From NCBI RefSeq assembly GCF_000497125.1, contig NC_090600.1, forward strand, positions 1,075,197 to 1,139,196: a stretch of DNA of 64,000 bases. The letters are read 5' to 3'. Below the pieces are notes generated by a model. The model saw only the letters and a list, made by a program, of their open reading frames with translations. It had not been told where the DNA came from and searched no databases. Origin of the DNA: Spironucleus salmonicida (lineage: Eukaryota). Position numbers and translations under genes: made by a program. The number at the start of each line of letters is the position of its first letter. Within the stretch, counting starts at the first letter, position 1. This document shows, piece after piece, positions 53,358 through 64,000 of the stretch.

Positions 53358-56300
53358 TCAATCACTGTAATCGTATACGTCTTCCTCTGATTCATCTTCT
53401 TTGAAACTAGCTTCGCTGCCATCGTAATATTCATCGTATATGTCTTCTGGATCATCACTAGCAACGATACTATCTCCCCACTAGTTATTAACGACATTTT
53501 CTTCAGTTTAACTACGACTTTCAGCGTCATTGATGTCAATTTTGCAACACCTTTCAATATCTTATGCATCTTTTCCAAAAACAAACTACAAAATAGAGTT
53601 TAGTTCTTCTAAAATATCTTCTTAAAGGTTTGATGCTTATTGTACATAAACTTCATCTGTATTTGCATTAAACACATCACTGTTACCAACCATCACATTC
53701 AAATCGTTAATAAGCTATCTATAACTACCATAGTAACCTGAGTTAACTCTTTAGTAAAGCAAATTTATCCAAACTGGGGTAGGAATAAATTAACAATAAT
53801 TCTCAATCTATTAAGGGGAATTGAAGTAATTTTGAATATGATGAGGTTGTTTTCTTCTTACAACAGAACTTTATAATGCTCTAGTTAGACTAAATAGAAG
53901 CAATGAGCGATTAAAATATTGCCGACAAAAATGAGCATTTTTAAGGATTTTTGAAGATTAGAAAGCATTATTTTCAATCTACTAAAACTCTGACATTCCA
54001 GGTGAAAATTCAAGTAAAAATCTATCTTAAATTTTATACTCTGTAAGTTATTAAAGATTTTTAAATTTAAAAATTGTTTAAATCTCTTGCATTTCCTCTG
54101 CATTTACTACATGAATAGATGGTATTTCTTGCTAAATCTAGTTGTTTAATTTTTTATTTTCTTATAATGACTGAGTATAAAGAATAGATAACTGATCTTA
54201 AAGTAGTTTTTTAATTTAATTATTATAGGATTTTATCTCAGATTGGCGCAAAAATGATGATAACTACGCTAGTTTTACGGTATCATAAAATGAAGAAAGG
54301 AAGTTAATTAATGCTTCGTTATTGAAAAACCTTAAGGTATCTTATTAAGTTAAAATTTCTACAATTGAAAAGAACGCAGTTGATGCGAGGAGCGGGGGAT
54401 TTAACATTGGGATGTCTATGTCTTCAGGCTTGAATATTTCTAAATATTCTATAAGTTCATGTTTAACCTATTTAGATATCAATTAAGAGAGCTCTGATAC
54501 TTATTATTATGGTGATTCTAACAGCTTAGATATTTTCTTAAAACCTCCGTCTTTTTTAATTATAAAAGCTCCAGGATAAAGTTAATGCTCTTCGGCTTTA
54601 ATACTTTCTATTAGATCTTAAGAAGGTGTAGTCATAAGATAATAATCAATAAATTTTCTTTCTTTTGGATTTTTATACATTACAGAAAATTTATCAATTT
54701 CTCGCATTGCTTATAACTAAATTAAATGCTCTAAATCTGCTTTTTCATCATCATTAAAAGCTTTAACAATAGAAAGCTATAAAGTTAGTGGTAATATCTC
54801 TTAATCTATTTTAATATCTTAAAATTCCATTGCTTTTCTTATCATTTCTAAATTATAAATTCCTGCTGAAAAGTGAATATTATCAGTTGGAATTGAATTA
54901 GATAATGGAATTATTGGAATAGTTAGTGTTTAACTAGGTACGATAAGTTATTTGAACCATTCAGATAACTATTGATCGTAGTACAAATCCGCATTTGAAG
55001 TGAAGAATGGATCGTGATCTAATTAATCGTCAAAAGGTTCAAGAATCAAATCTTAAACACATATTTTGCATGTTGGCCAACTAATTTTTCTATTTTAGTA
55101 AGACTTTTCAATATGATCTTCAAAACGAGTATAAATAGATTAAATAACATATATCCCTTATTACTAACTATTAATGTCTTACTGACACTTCTTAAACATA
55201 GATTTTGCAGAGGGGTTTAATAATGCTAGATATTACGACACAGTCTCGATATACTGAGATGGGTTAAAGTATATAATATCTCCAGCTTAGAGAACCGATA
55301 TTGACTACAAATCTTTATTAAACATCTCAGGGGATGAAGAATTAAACGATTAGATATAATTCCAATTATATTCCCTAAGTTTTTAAAACTATGTTTTTTC
55401 TTTGGGTTTTGATTCCACTACTGACTATCGTTTAGATGCCAATTATTTATTTTCAATTTATTCTGATGCAGACATAGTTGTTGATGAACTTTCTGTCTCA
55501 GTGTCTGCATTATCTGAAACGATAATAACCTTATTGTGTTTTTCTACCTCGTCTGAAAAGCTTAACAGATCATCTTCATCATCTATATCATCATCGTCAT
55601 CTATTGTTAAAATCACATTTCTTGATCTTCCAACTCTTTCTACCTCTTGAACTACTTATTCAGATTGATCACTTTCTTCAGCAAGAAGGCTACTTTCATC
55701 AATCAAGTCATCCGTGCTCATATCATTATCTTTTGAATGCTTGAATGTGGTAATTTCCTTTTCTTAATATCCTTCATTACCAAATTATATATTTTTGTTT
55801 AAAAATTATGGAAATTTTGGGTCTATTTTAATAAGTTAATAAAGCTCATCCTCGTCTTTATTTTTATAATTTACTCCCTCTTTCAAAACATATTCAGCAT
55901 TATCTTAATCAATCAAAAACTCACATGACGTTTCTAAAAATAATAAACCATGTTATCTAATTTGCTTAGGATTCAAATAGTGAGATTTCTAAGAGGGTAA
56001 CTCTTCAAACGAATTATCTTATTTACATGACTACCAAAAATCTAATTAAACATTTTCCTAAAGTCTACTAAATTCTTTAATCTTATCTTATGCATCCAAA
56101 TTAAATGGCTTATTTAGCATGCTAACTAAAGTAAAAGGAGATACTCCAGAAGTGATAGTATTAATAGTCTCATAAAAGTAACTATTATGATGTAAATTTT
56201 ATTAATTTAAAAATTTAAATCCTAAATAATAATCTTAAGTATTCTCTTATACTTTATATTATTTAAGCAATAAATGAAGCAAAAATTTTAAAATATTAAG

Positions 56301-58190
56301 TCTAATACCATAAAACTAATATCCAGAACAATCAACACTCCAATTTTTTCTATATTCATCTTAAACCTTATAAAAAATAACTAGATTGAAAGACCTGCAA
56401 TTCGACAATAATTCTAATTAATTATCCAGCAAGGTGCATTTTTTGATATCTATCTTTCCAGGAATTTCAGCAGTATCAATGCTAGATGCCTAAAATCTTT
56501 AGTTTCTGAATGCTGGTAGCTCGATCAAAAAGAACTGCTCCTATGGTTATATTTCAGCAATATTTTCGCTTCCAATGACCATTATCTGCCCGCCAGCGTT
56601 ACTTACAAAGCAAACATCATTTCCTGTCTAAATATCGCAAAAAATCATAGCAGACTCATCTTAGCCATTTGGAATGTGGCAACAGCTATAGCTTTCTCCC
56701 AAATCTTTGCGCAGCAGATAAACGAATGTATCCCTAGCGCCGAGCTCAATATTTTCGATTCGGTCCTTATTCGTATTTTCAGCGTCTGATACGACCCAGA
56801 ACCAGTCGACTTCATTTTTATAAAAATTAACTGCAATACCGCTTCCAGTACCCTGTAGAACACATCTTGAAATGAGCCTCAGACTCGATATTTCGAACAG
56901 CAGTAAATAGCTTTTATCGAATTTCTTACCATCCACCTTCAGCTGACATAACAGGAAATTGTCGTAAAAAAGACAGTTTGTGACCGTGAAAATGGGATTC
57001 TCGGCACGCAGGCCTGCCGGAACGTGCATGTTGTCGAAGGTCAAAACCTGCGGTTCGAGCATTAAATCGATGAACGAAAAATCGATTTTCGAGTAGTTCC
57101 TGGGCTCTAAAACCGGAGGCTTGTAAAGCAGTACCGCGCTGCAATTCGATAGCGTGAGTGCCAATACCCCACCATCTTACCGAAATTGGATCACCTCCGG
57201 GAGCACCGGCTGTTGCTGGTTGTGGAAGACCTGTTGGAATTGTACACTTGAAAAGTACACCTAACCTGCCCCGATATCCCCCGAACATACCTCGCTTTCC
57301 GAGTAGAAAACGTGATAAGGGTCGCCAGAAATTCTCTCTAACGAAACAAAACCGAGAAAGATCGTGCTGCGGATGAAAAAGGCGAAGGCTAGCATCTGCG
57401 TCGCCTCGCTGTAGGCAGCCCATGTGATCTTCTGTCTGTCCTCCCGTTCAAACCATCCTATGCGGAAAATGGATCGTTGCGAACCATCCATGGAGAGCAG
57501 GTAGATGGAGGATGCAGTTTAGGCGATCAGGTGAGTTTCGGAAGCAACTTTGGCGAAGTAAAGCTGGTCAGCGACGTCTTTGACGTCGATTTTTATGTTT
57601 TTAGAATTACGTTTTTTCACTCCGTAATTGAGTTGGAACTCGACGGTCGAAAAAAGGTAGTTTTGGGTCTGCAGTTAATTGATGTCCCAAATTGCGACAA
57701 TAGAGCCCCACGCCACTGATATGAAGTCGGCGTCGACGCAGATGTTTGTGATTTGGCGTTTGTGCGAGAGCTTGCAAATCAGGAGAGCCCTAAGAGCCAG
57801 GGAGCCGCGAATATAATCCCAGAGCTTCACCGTGCCGTCGTCAGATGCCGTTATAACGTAATTCTTAATTAGGCGAATTGCAGTAAACGAGTCGTGTAGC
57901 TGGTGGCATTACGTTAGGGAAATGGGGTGGAAGAGTTGCGAAAATTTTTGATGGTTTGGGGTCAAATTGAGTGATTTTGGGAACACCTGTGATGATAAAA
58001 TTTTTGGGTAGAGATCCAATAAAGAAGACAGGTCCGGGCGCGCTTTGAGGAACTTTTAGAACCATGAAAGAATCAGCTGCTTGTTTAGAGAGAAATCGGT
58101 AGTAAGCCTATCTAATGTCTACATTACTTCTGCAATATTTTTGCTTTTCTCATATAAAGAAGCTAGATAAATTGCAGTTTACTCTTCCAT
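53358..58190 (-). CDS. WD40-repeat and bromodomain protein (BRWD/PHIP-like, 1610 aa)
   Basis: N-terminal WD40 (VITASDDGTVKLWD; VAIWD), acidic middle, C-terminal bromodomain (NYCQFIPTPVWINLLYQRVNSGYYGSYRQLINDLNVMVGNSDVFN) and acidic tail. Start, stop and track ORF 56661-57164 share one frame; the middle was not checked codon by codon. Confidence 0.85.
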
Positions 58191-58194
58191 ATTT

Positions 58195-58205
58195 GTGGAG
58201 TGGGG
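58195..58205 (-). promoter_or_regulatory. C-rich motif (CCCCACTCCAC) just upstream of the BRWD-like start
   Basis: 4 nt upstream of ATG 58190; similar motifs precede two other nearby starts. Confidence 0.5.
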
Positions 58206-58351
58206 GAGAGGATGTTCATTTATGATGAGAATGTGATCAAAATATAAAGATATATCTTAATATTATATAATATTTTTAATATTTATATCATTAAATCGAT
58301 TTTAATATATAGTATTTATATGAAATCTAGTTAGATACTTTTTTGTCTTAA

Positions 58352-59599
58352 ATGAATGATTTAAAAATATGTTAAGTCACTCATGAAGCTTCGTATATTA
58401 ACGAGAAGCTTAAGCACTAATCATTTTAGCTACATGCTATTTTTACCTAAAATTCAAACTTTATGTTTATTATACCAATAACTAAAGAGAATGACAAAAT
58501 TTTCAACAAATAGAATCTTGAAAGCTCAGATATATACAAAATCTACAGATCTTAAAATTTTAGCTAGTATCATTTAAATGAAATAGAGTATTTCTTTTAA
58601 ACGCCAAAAATTTCTATTATTAATATATTAAATCTGCGTGGTATCCAATTGATAAACAATCAACTACTTATAACCTTATAAGGACCTAAAAATTAAAAAA
58701 GTATACTAATAAATGATAATAATTACTATAAATTTCTTATGGAGACACAGCTTTATGTTTCATAGGCATAATATCATCTACCTAAGTAACTTACAAATTT
58801 TTCTAATATAGCTGCCATACCCTATAGCTAGTCGGAACATTAGTATATTTTAAGATAACTATTAGATAATCTAGATGCAAAGAATGATGATACTTCTAGT
58901 AATTTAATGTTCAGACTCATTGGTTTCCAATCAGAGAAACCTTCTTCTGATTTTCGTGCTAGTGGAGTGCTTGGAGCTATTTTTTTAGTATATTTTTCAA
59001 ATTTTAATAAAAAATTAATGAAAACGGCATCTTTTAAGAGTATGACTGATGAAAATATAGACTAATTTTTGGATGGATAAAATTTTGACCAGTAATTCCG
59101 TTATCCATTTAGCATAAGCCTGATCACGGTAGTTTCACGCGTGCTGGGGCTTGACCTGGAATTTCTATAGAATGAGATGGTCCTACAGTTCTTCCGACTG
59201 GGGCAGGTTAGGATAAAGCTGCAACACGAGGTGCAGCCAGATTAACTGCTGTTCCTGGAGTGTACGCCGTTACCTTCTGTGTTGGAGGCCTACACTGAGA
59301 GCCTGCGTGGGGAGGTGCACCCGCGCTTCAACCCGCGCGGCGAGAAGATTGCTCCCTTAACTGGATTTTCAGCCCACCGTCTGGATGGTATGCACCCAAG
59401 CCTCTGTGGTTGTGTGTTCAGACTAGCCTGTGAGGTGGCATAGGTGGTTCACGGGGAGCTTGGGAGGCTTGCTGATGATCAGGTGTATATGGGATACAAC
59501 GCAGTGCTGGAGCGCGTGTTTCGCCGTCTAGAGGGCATTCTGGGTGCAGGCGACCTTTTGGGCGTTGATGACTGCGTGGCGCGGCTGCGCGAAGAGTGA
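58352..59599 (+). CDS. ELMO/CED-12 domain protein (ELMOD-like, 415 aa)
   Basis: FRLIGFQSEKPSSDFRASGVLGAIFLVYF...YPFSISLI is the ELMO-domain signature. Open from ATG 58352 to GAG-TGA 59599. Confidence 0.88.
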
Positions 59600-59608
59600 G
59601 ATGCACGG

Positions 59609-59806
59609 TCACTAGAGCATTCTAGGCCGCGATGCCTCCAAGTCTGGAGTATTCGTGAGCCTCCGTGACCTACGGGGAGCGGCCCTCAGTGGGAGCACAG
59701 GTTACACCGGTACCGCAGCTGCAGGTGCCTTGGGACGTCCGGGACGTCCGGGACTACGTATCATCGCGGGGTCCGAGAGGCTGTATTTGAGGGCGCTGAC
59801 CCGCAT
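59609..59806 (-). CDS. Putative 65-aa basic, Pro/Arg-rich microprotein (GRPGRPK)
   Basis: AAAATG at 59806: MRVSALKYSLSDPAMIRSPGRPGRPKAPAAAVPVQPVLPLRAAPRRSRRLTNTPDLEASRPRMLQ*, ending in AGTGA. Fills the gap between its neighbours. Confidence 0.5.
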
Positions 59807-59914
59807 TTTGAAGAATGCAGTAATATTCCCTCCTAAGGCGTATCCGGGCTCGTTCTCACATAGGTAACTATTGCCGCAGAATATGCTTTGCACGTTTCTG
59901 GGTTCTGCTAGATT

Positions 59915-59923
59915 CCCACTCCA
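59915..59923 (+). promoter_or_regulatory. C-rich motif (CCCACTCCA) before ATG 59926
   Basis: Same core as the motif before ATG 58190. Confidence 0.5.
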
Positions 59924-59925
59924 AA

Positions 59926-60189
59926 ATGCAGAACGCAGAGTTCCGGCACCAGGTGGAGGCATAGTGGGCGGTGCTATAGGCAGAGCTCGTGGAGCTCGTG
60001 CGAGACATTAAGTACAACGAGCGCTGCATTGGTAAATACGGTGAATCGGCTGCAACCTTTGTGGCAGTTCTGCAGACCCTCAAGGACCAGAAGCTGAAGC
60101 GGCTCATCAAGTTACGTGATGCCGCCATGAAAGTCAACATCACTCTCGAGCAGGTCGAGGTCCTCACCAAGGAGCTGTTCTAAGAGTGA
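59926..60189 (+). CDS. Small helical/coiled-coil hypothetical protein (87 aa)
   Basis: MQNAEFRHQVEAQWAVLQAELVELVRDIKYNERC...EVLTKELFQE*, with GC3-rich codons and a stop in AGTGA. Confidence 0.75.
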
Positions 60190-60313
60190 TAGATTATAGT
60201 TAAGCTTAATTAAAAATATAATTAATGAAATTTATGAAGTAAAAGTTTACTATATCATAAATATTATTTTATACTCAACATAAATGTATAAAATAAAATA
60301 CTATGATACCTCA

Positions 60314-60904
60314 TCACTTAACAACCTTCATACCCACACCTGCATTGATATTTTATAGCTCTTTCATTTAAACTTCTTAAATAAGTCTTTAGACTTACTC
60401 GTCAACCATTTTATCCATGTTCTAATCCTCGTTTTCTGTACTAAAAACATCTTCAAGAAGTTCATCCATCATCTCTTGTCTATCAGTCATTTTATCCATA
60501 TTCTTCATGAATCCTTACATTTGCTTACTCATACCTTAAATGTCAATATTATTAAGCATCGTATCCATCATCTTATCAGTAGCACTGATAGCACCAGTCA
60601 TGACTTGCATAGACTGCATTTGCAACATTCTTAAGTTAAGGCAAGATAGATGAGCTTTTTATACATGGAATTATTCTACGGCTTTTTGGTTTCTAATTTA
60701 TTATTTTGCATGAATTTTGAGAACATCAAGCTAGTTGGCTTTGAGGGATTATTGGATTTTAAAATTTAACTAAGTATTTTCAAACTCCAATCTCATTATT
60801 TCTTTATCAAGTTATTTGATAGCTTCTTTTACTACATCTTTGTTTTTCTTCATTTTCTCGGCTAAGTCTTCAGGTTTAACTTTCTTTCCAAAAAGAGCTG
60901 TCAT
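60314..60904 (-). CDS. ESCRT-III Snf7-family subunit, Vps2/CHMP2-like (196 aa)
   Basis: MTALFGKKVKPEDLAEKMKKNKDVVKEAIKQLDKEIMRLE...LKIHAKQQIRNQK...MQSMQVMTGAISATDKMM...QEMMDELLEDVF: basic N-half, acidic Met-rich C-half. Stop AAG-TGA. Confidence 0.85.
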
Positions 60905-60910
60905 TGATAT

Positions 60911-60920
60911 GTGGAAGGGG
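60911..60920 (-). promoter_or_regulatory. C-rich motif (CCCCTTCCAC) upstream of the Vps2-like start
   Basis: 6 nt upstream of ATG 60904; one mismatch from the core of the motif at 58195-58205. Confidence 0.5.
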
Positions 60921-61619
60921 TTTTCATGTTATGACATTTATTTTGTATAATAATAGTATTTCAAAGAATATAAAAATAAAGAGACACCATTTAATATTAT
61001 ATATTAAATTATAAATAATAATTAATAATAAAGTGAATCTTTACAATAATTAGCAAAAAGATAAATAAAATATTATTACTATTTGACAATATTAAATGAA
61101 CGATAATGAAATTATTACATCGCTTCATGATTTATTCAATACAAATTCAAATATTTAACTTTATACTAAATTAAAATAATTAAAATAAAGTAATAGCGCA
61201 CAAATATCTTTTAATGAGAATGCGGCAGAATTAAATAACTAATTAGAGTAAGTTAAAATAGAATATAATTAATAAATAGATATTTTAAGGAATGAATAAC
61301 TAGAGTTATAATTAAGCTCAATATACAGTACAGATACAGAAGTAAATCTTCTTGTCTCATCATTAAAAATTTAATTAGCTTAGGTTTAAGAAAAAGAAAA
61401 TTACACTCAAAAGTATTATCATACAACTTTACTAAAATATAAACTATTTATCATTAATATATTAGAATAGAATAAAGAATTTATTCCCATAAATAAATTA
61501 AAACATTTAATTGAATCATTTATTGAGTTAACATCTAAATAACAAATTAAAAAATATCTGTAATCTGACTTACGAAATTAGTGATTTATATATATTTATT
61601 TACAAATTTCAATCCAGAA

Positions 61620-62453
61620 ATGGGTGCTGGAATTATCGATAAATATGCTTTCCCAAAGAATATACCTAAAAATGATTATAGAGAAATGTTAGGAGATCGC
61701 TTACACCAGATAACACTAAATATTAGTAAGTCTCCAAAGATTTACCTTGCTGTTTATGATCCACCTTGCCCACCAAAGTTAACAATAATATATTCACATG
61801 CCAATGCAGAAACTCTCTACTTTATTAACTACTATATTTAATATATTGCATCCACATTCAAATCTTAAGTAATCGCCTTTGATTGGGAGGGATATGGTCT
61901 TTCAGATGGAACTTCTGGAGAAAAGTAGCTATTACGAGGTTCAGACGCTGTTTATGATTATGTTATAGCCAATTTCTAGCCAGATCCTTCCAAAATATTA
62001 TTTTGGGGTCGATCCATTGGTACAGTGTCTAGTACATATTTAGCATAAATGCACCCTAGCTCTTTTGGTGTAATATTATAATCACCATTAGCTAGTGCTT
62101 TTCATACTGTGTTTAAAAAAGTAATTTGTTCATCTTGTGATGGGCTAGATTCAAATTAGCGCATTAAAAAAGTAAATATACCAGTTTTTATAATTCATGG
62201 AATAAAAGATTAAATAGTAGATTATAATAATGCCTAAATTTTATTTTAAAGTTATATTGATGTTCATGACTAATAAGAAGGAGATATTTAGAAGCAAGAT
62301 GACTGGTTTACTGGAGTAAATTTCTTGAAGTTCGGTGACTGTGAATTATATTCTATTAAAAATGCTGGACATAATGATATAGATAGTATATTTAGGCGGC
62401 AAATGTGCTTTATTGTCAAACGAATCATTTCTCAAAGTTAAGAATGGGAGTGA
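61620..62453 (+). CDS. Alpha/beta hydrolase, ABHD17-like (277 aa)
   Basis: IIYSHANAE, AFDWEGYGLSDG, nucleophile elbow WGRSIGT, GVILQSPLAS, PVFIIHGIKDQIV and NAGHNDI give a full Ser-Asp-His triad. Stop GAG-TGA. Confidence 0.9.
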
Positions 62454-62458
62454 GGTAT

Positions 62459-63793
62459 TCATTCACTAATTCGTACTAATAAATCATCAATATCAATAAT
62501 ATCTGATTGCTCTAAGGCTTGCTTAACTTTATCAATGACAATATTTAACTAAGTATTAAAGCATAAATAAACATCATCATTTGTATAATTTTTGGATATT
62601 TAGTTATCAATAAATATTACTAATTTTGAAATTAGCTTAAATACTCCACCTCCAAGTTATGGATGCATTCCACTTAACTATATCCCATGAATATAAATAT
62701 TCCTTAGTGGACAAAATTAAATTGGAAATTAACATAATTCTAGTTTATTCACAACAGTAACATAACTATTAACTAGATTGGTTTTAGATGTTACTTCTGA
62801 CTAACCTAATAATTATGATATTGGATAGATTAAATTTTCTTATTCCATAATAAACTTTTTGATAACGTTTTAGTTCTCACTAATTATCTCAAGTTCCTTA
62901 ATATAATCATTAACCAAGCAATTATGCAATTTATCTACCACACCTGGTTGCATGACCTAATGTGTAACATTGATGATTGAAATAGATATTGGGTATCTAT
63001 AAACCCCTTCTGCATTATCCATGAAATTAACAAATTCTTATTGTTAAATTATTTCTTCCTTATATGATCCATTTAGGAGGAATAATGGATCATAAAATGA
63101 GAAATATACAATCGCTAATAGACCCAAAACTCCTGAAGCGCGAAAATCAGAAGCTGGTCGGTTTCCTTGAAACCCAATTCGTCGCCATATTTAGCTATCT
63201 GTAACACAATTTTGAAAATATTTCTAGATATTCATCTTTGATCCTGGAAAATTTTCTACCAATGTACCCATATTTCCAACTATTATTTCCATTAAAGTAT
63301 TACACTTTTCCGTATCAAAAGCTATATTTTATAGCTATTAAAATATTTTTAGATAATGCTTAACAAACTTGCCAGCACTTGCAGAATAAACTTAGAGTGT
63401 TAAAAATTCATTATATAGTTTATTATTAAAAATGAGCTTTTTTAAAATAATATTCTGAGTCTAAATTATAATCAAAAGAGCTGGCTGGGTTTATTGTGTT
63501 TATTAATGGTAAGCAATAATAGGAGTAATCGAAGATATTTGAAATATATCAACTTTAAGTACCTTTTTAGCTAGAAAAAAAGGTATTTTATATAAATTAA
63601 ATCCTCTAAATTTATTATATTAGTGAGTACAAAGGGCGTTAGACGTGTGACTATGTGGATGAAAATCAGTTGATATAAAATATATTTAAGACATTGCACC
63701 ATAGAATAATTGTGTTTCCTATTTATTTTTATAGTAAATGAATGCCCCATCGTATTAATCAACATCGGCTATATAAGTTAATGTTTGTTTCAT
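62459..63793 (-). CDS. ELMO/CED-12 domain protein, paralogue 2 (444 aa)
   Basis: IWRRIGFQGNRPASDFRASGVLGLLAIVYF...RYPISISII...GMHPQLGGGVF; ATG 63793 in frame with TGA 62459-62461. Confidence 0.88.
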
Positions 63794-64000
63794 TTAACGG
63801 AAATCTTTGATAATACATTAAATTATATATAAGATAATTAAAAAATATATAATTTACTAATTAAAAATGTTGAGCTCTTCTAAGTCACAAGGTAATTTTG
63901 TGATAAGATAATAAGTTCATAATAGTATTATCGTATTATTTTTTTAAATGTGTATATATCTAATATGTTTAATATTATTATATTATTTATGAAAAATATT

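Noticed and set aside
56926-57719. Several overlapping track ORFs in the GC-rich region
   Set aside because: Shadow or alternative frames of the BRWD-like gene, explained by high local GC.
59601-60044. Plus-strand frame from ATG 59601, open under table 6
   Set aside because: Overlaps the better-supported 59926 gene out of frame, lies antisense to the 65-aa ORF and starts 1 nt after the ELMO stop; probably a shadow frame.

Overview
AT-rich eukaryotic DNA, most likely from a hexamitid diplomonad (Spironucleus-like). Genes open up only when TAA/TAG are read as Gln with TGA as the sole stop (table 6), so the supplied ORF track fragments them. Many stops sit within AGTGA. About 70% of the window is one giant inverted duplication: arms 1774-21616 and 26700-46541 (~19.8 kb each) around a unique 5.1-kb spacer. 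The inner breakpoints lie 3 nt past the 3' end of a tRNA-Cys(GCA). The outer breakpoints lie inside a cysteine-rich membrane protein (CRMP) pseudogene, just before its TM segment. Each arm carries a CRMP1-type surface protein gene (KKGKK tail), several decayed Cys-rich genes and a ~1700-aa orphan ORF with putative P-loop NTPase motifs, intact on the left and frameshifted on the right. The spacer holds one intact CRMP and a decayed paralogue head-to-head. Flanks: an MFS sugar transporter on the left. On the right: hypothetical genes, a frameshifted amino-acid transporter, a WD40+bromodomain (BRWD/PHIP-like) protein, two ELMO-domain paralogues, an ESCRT-III Vps2-like gene, an ABHD17-like hydrolase and two micro-ORFs. 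All translations and arm comparisons were done by eye; no searches were run.
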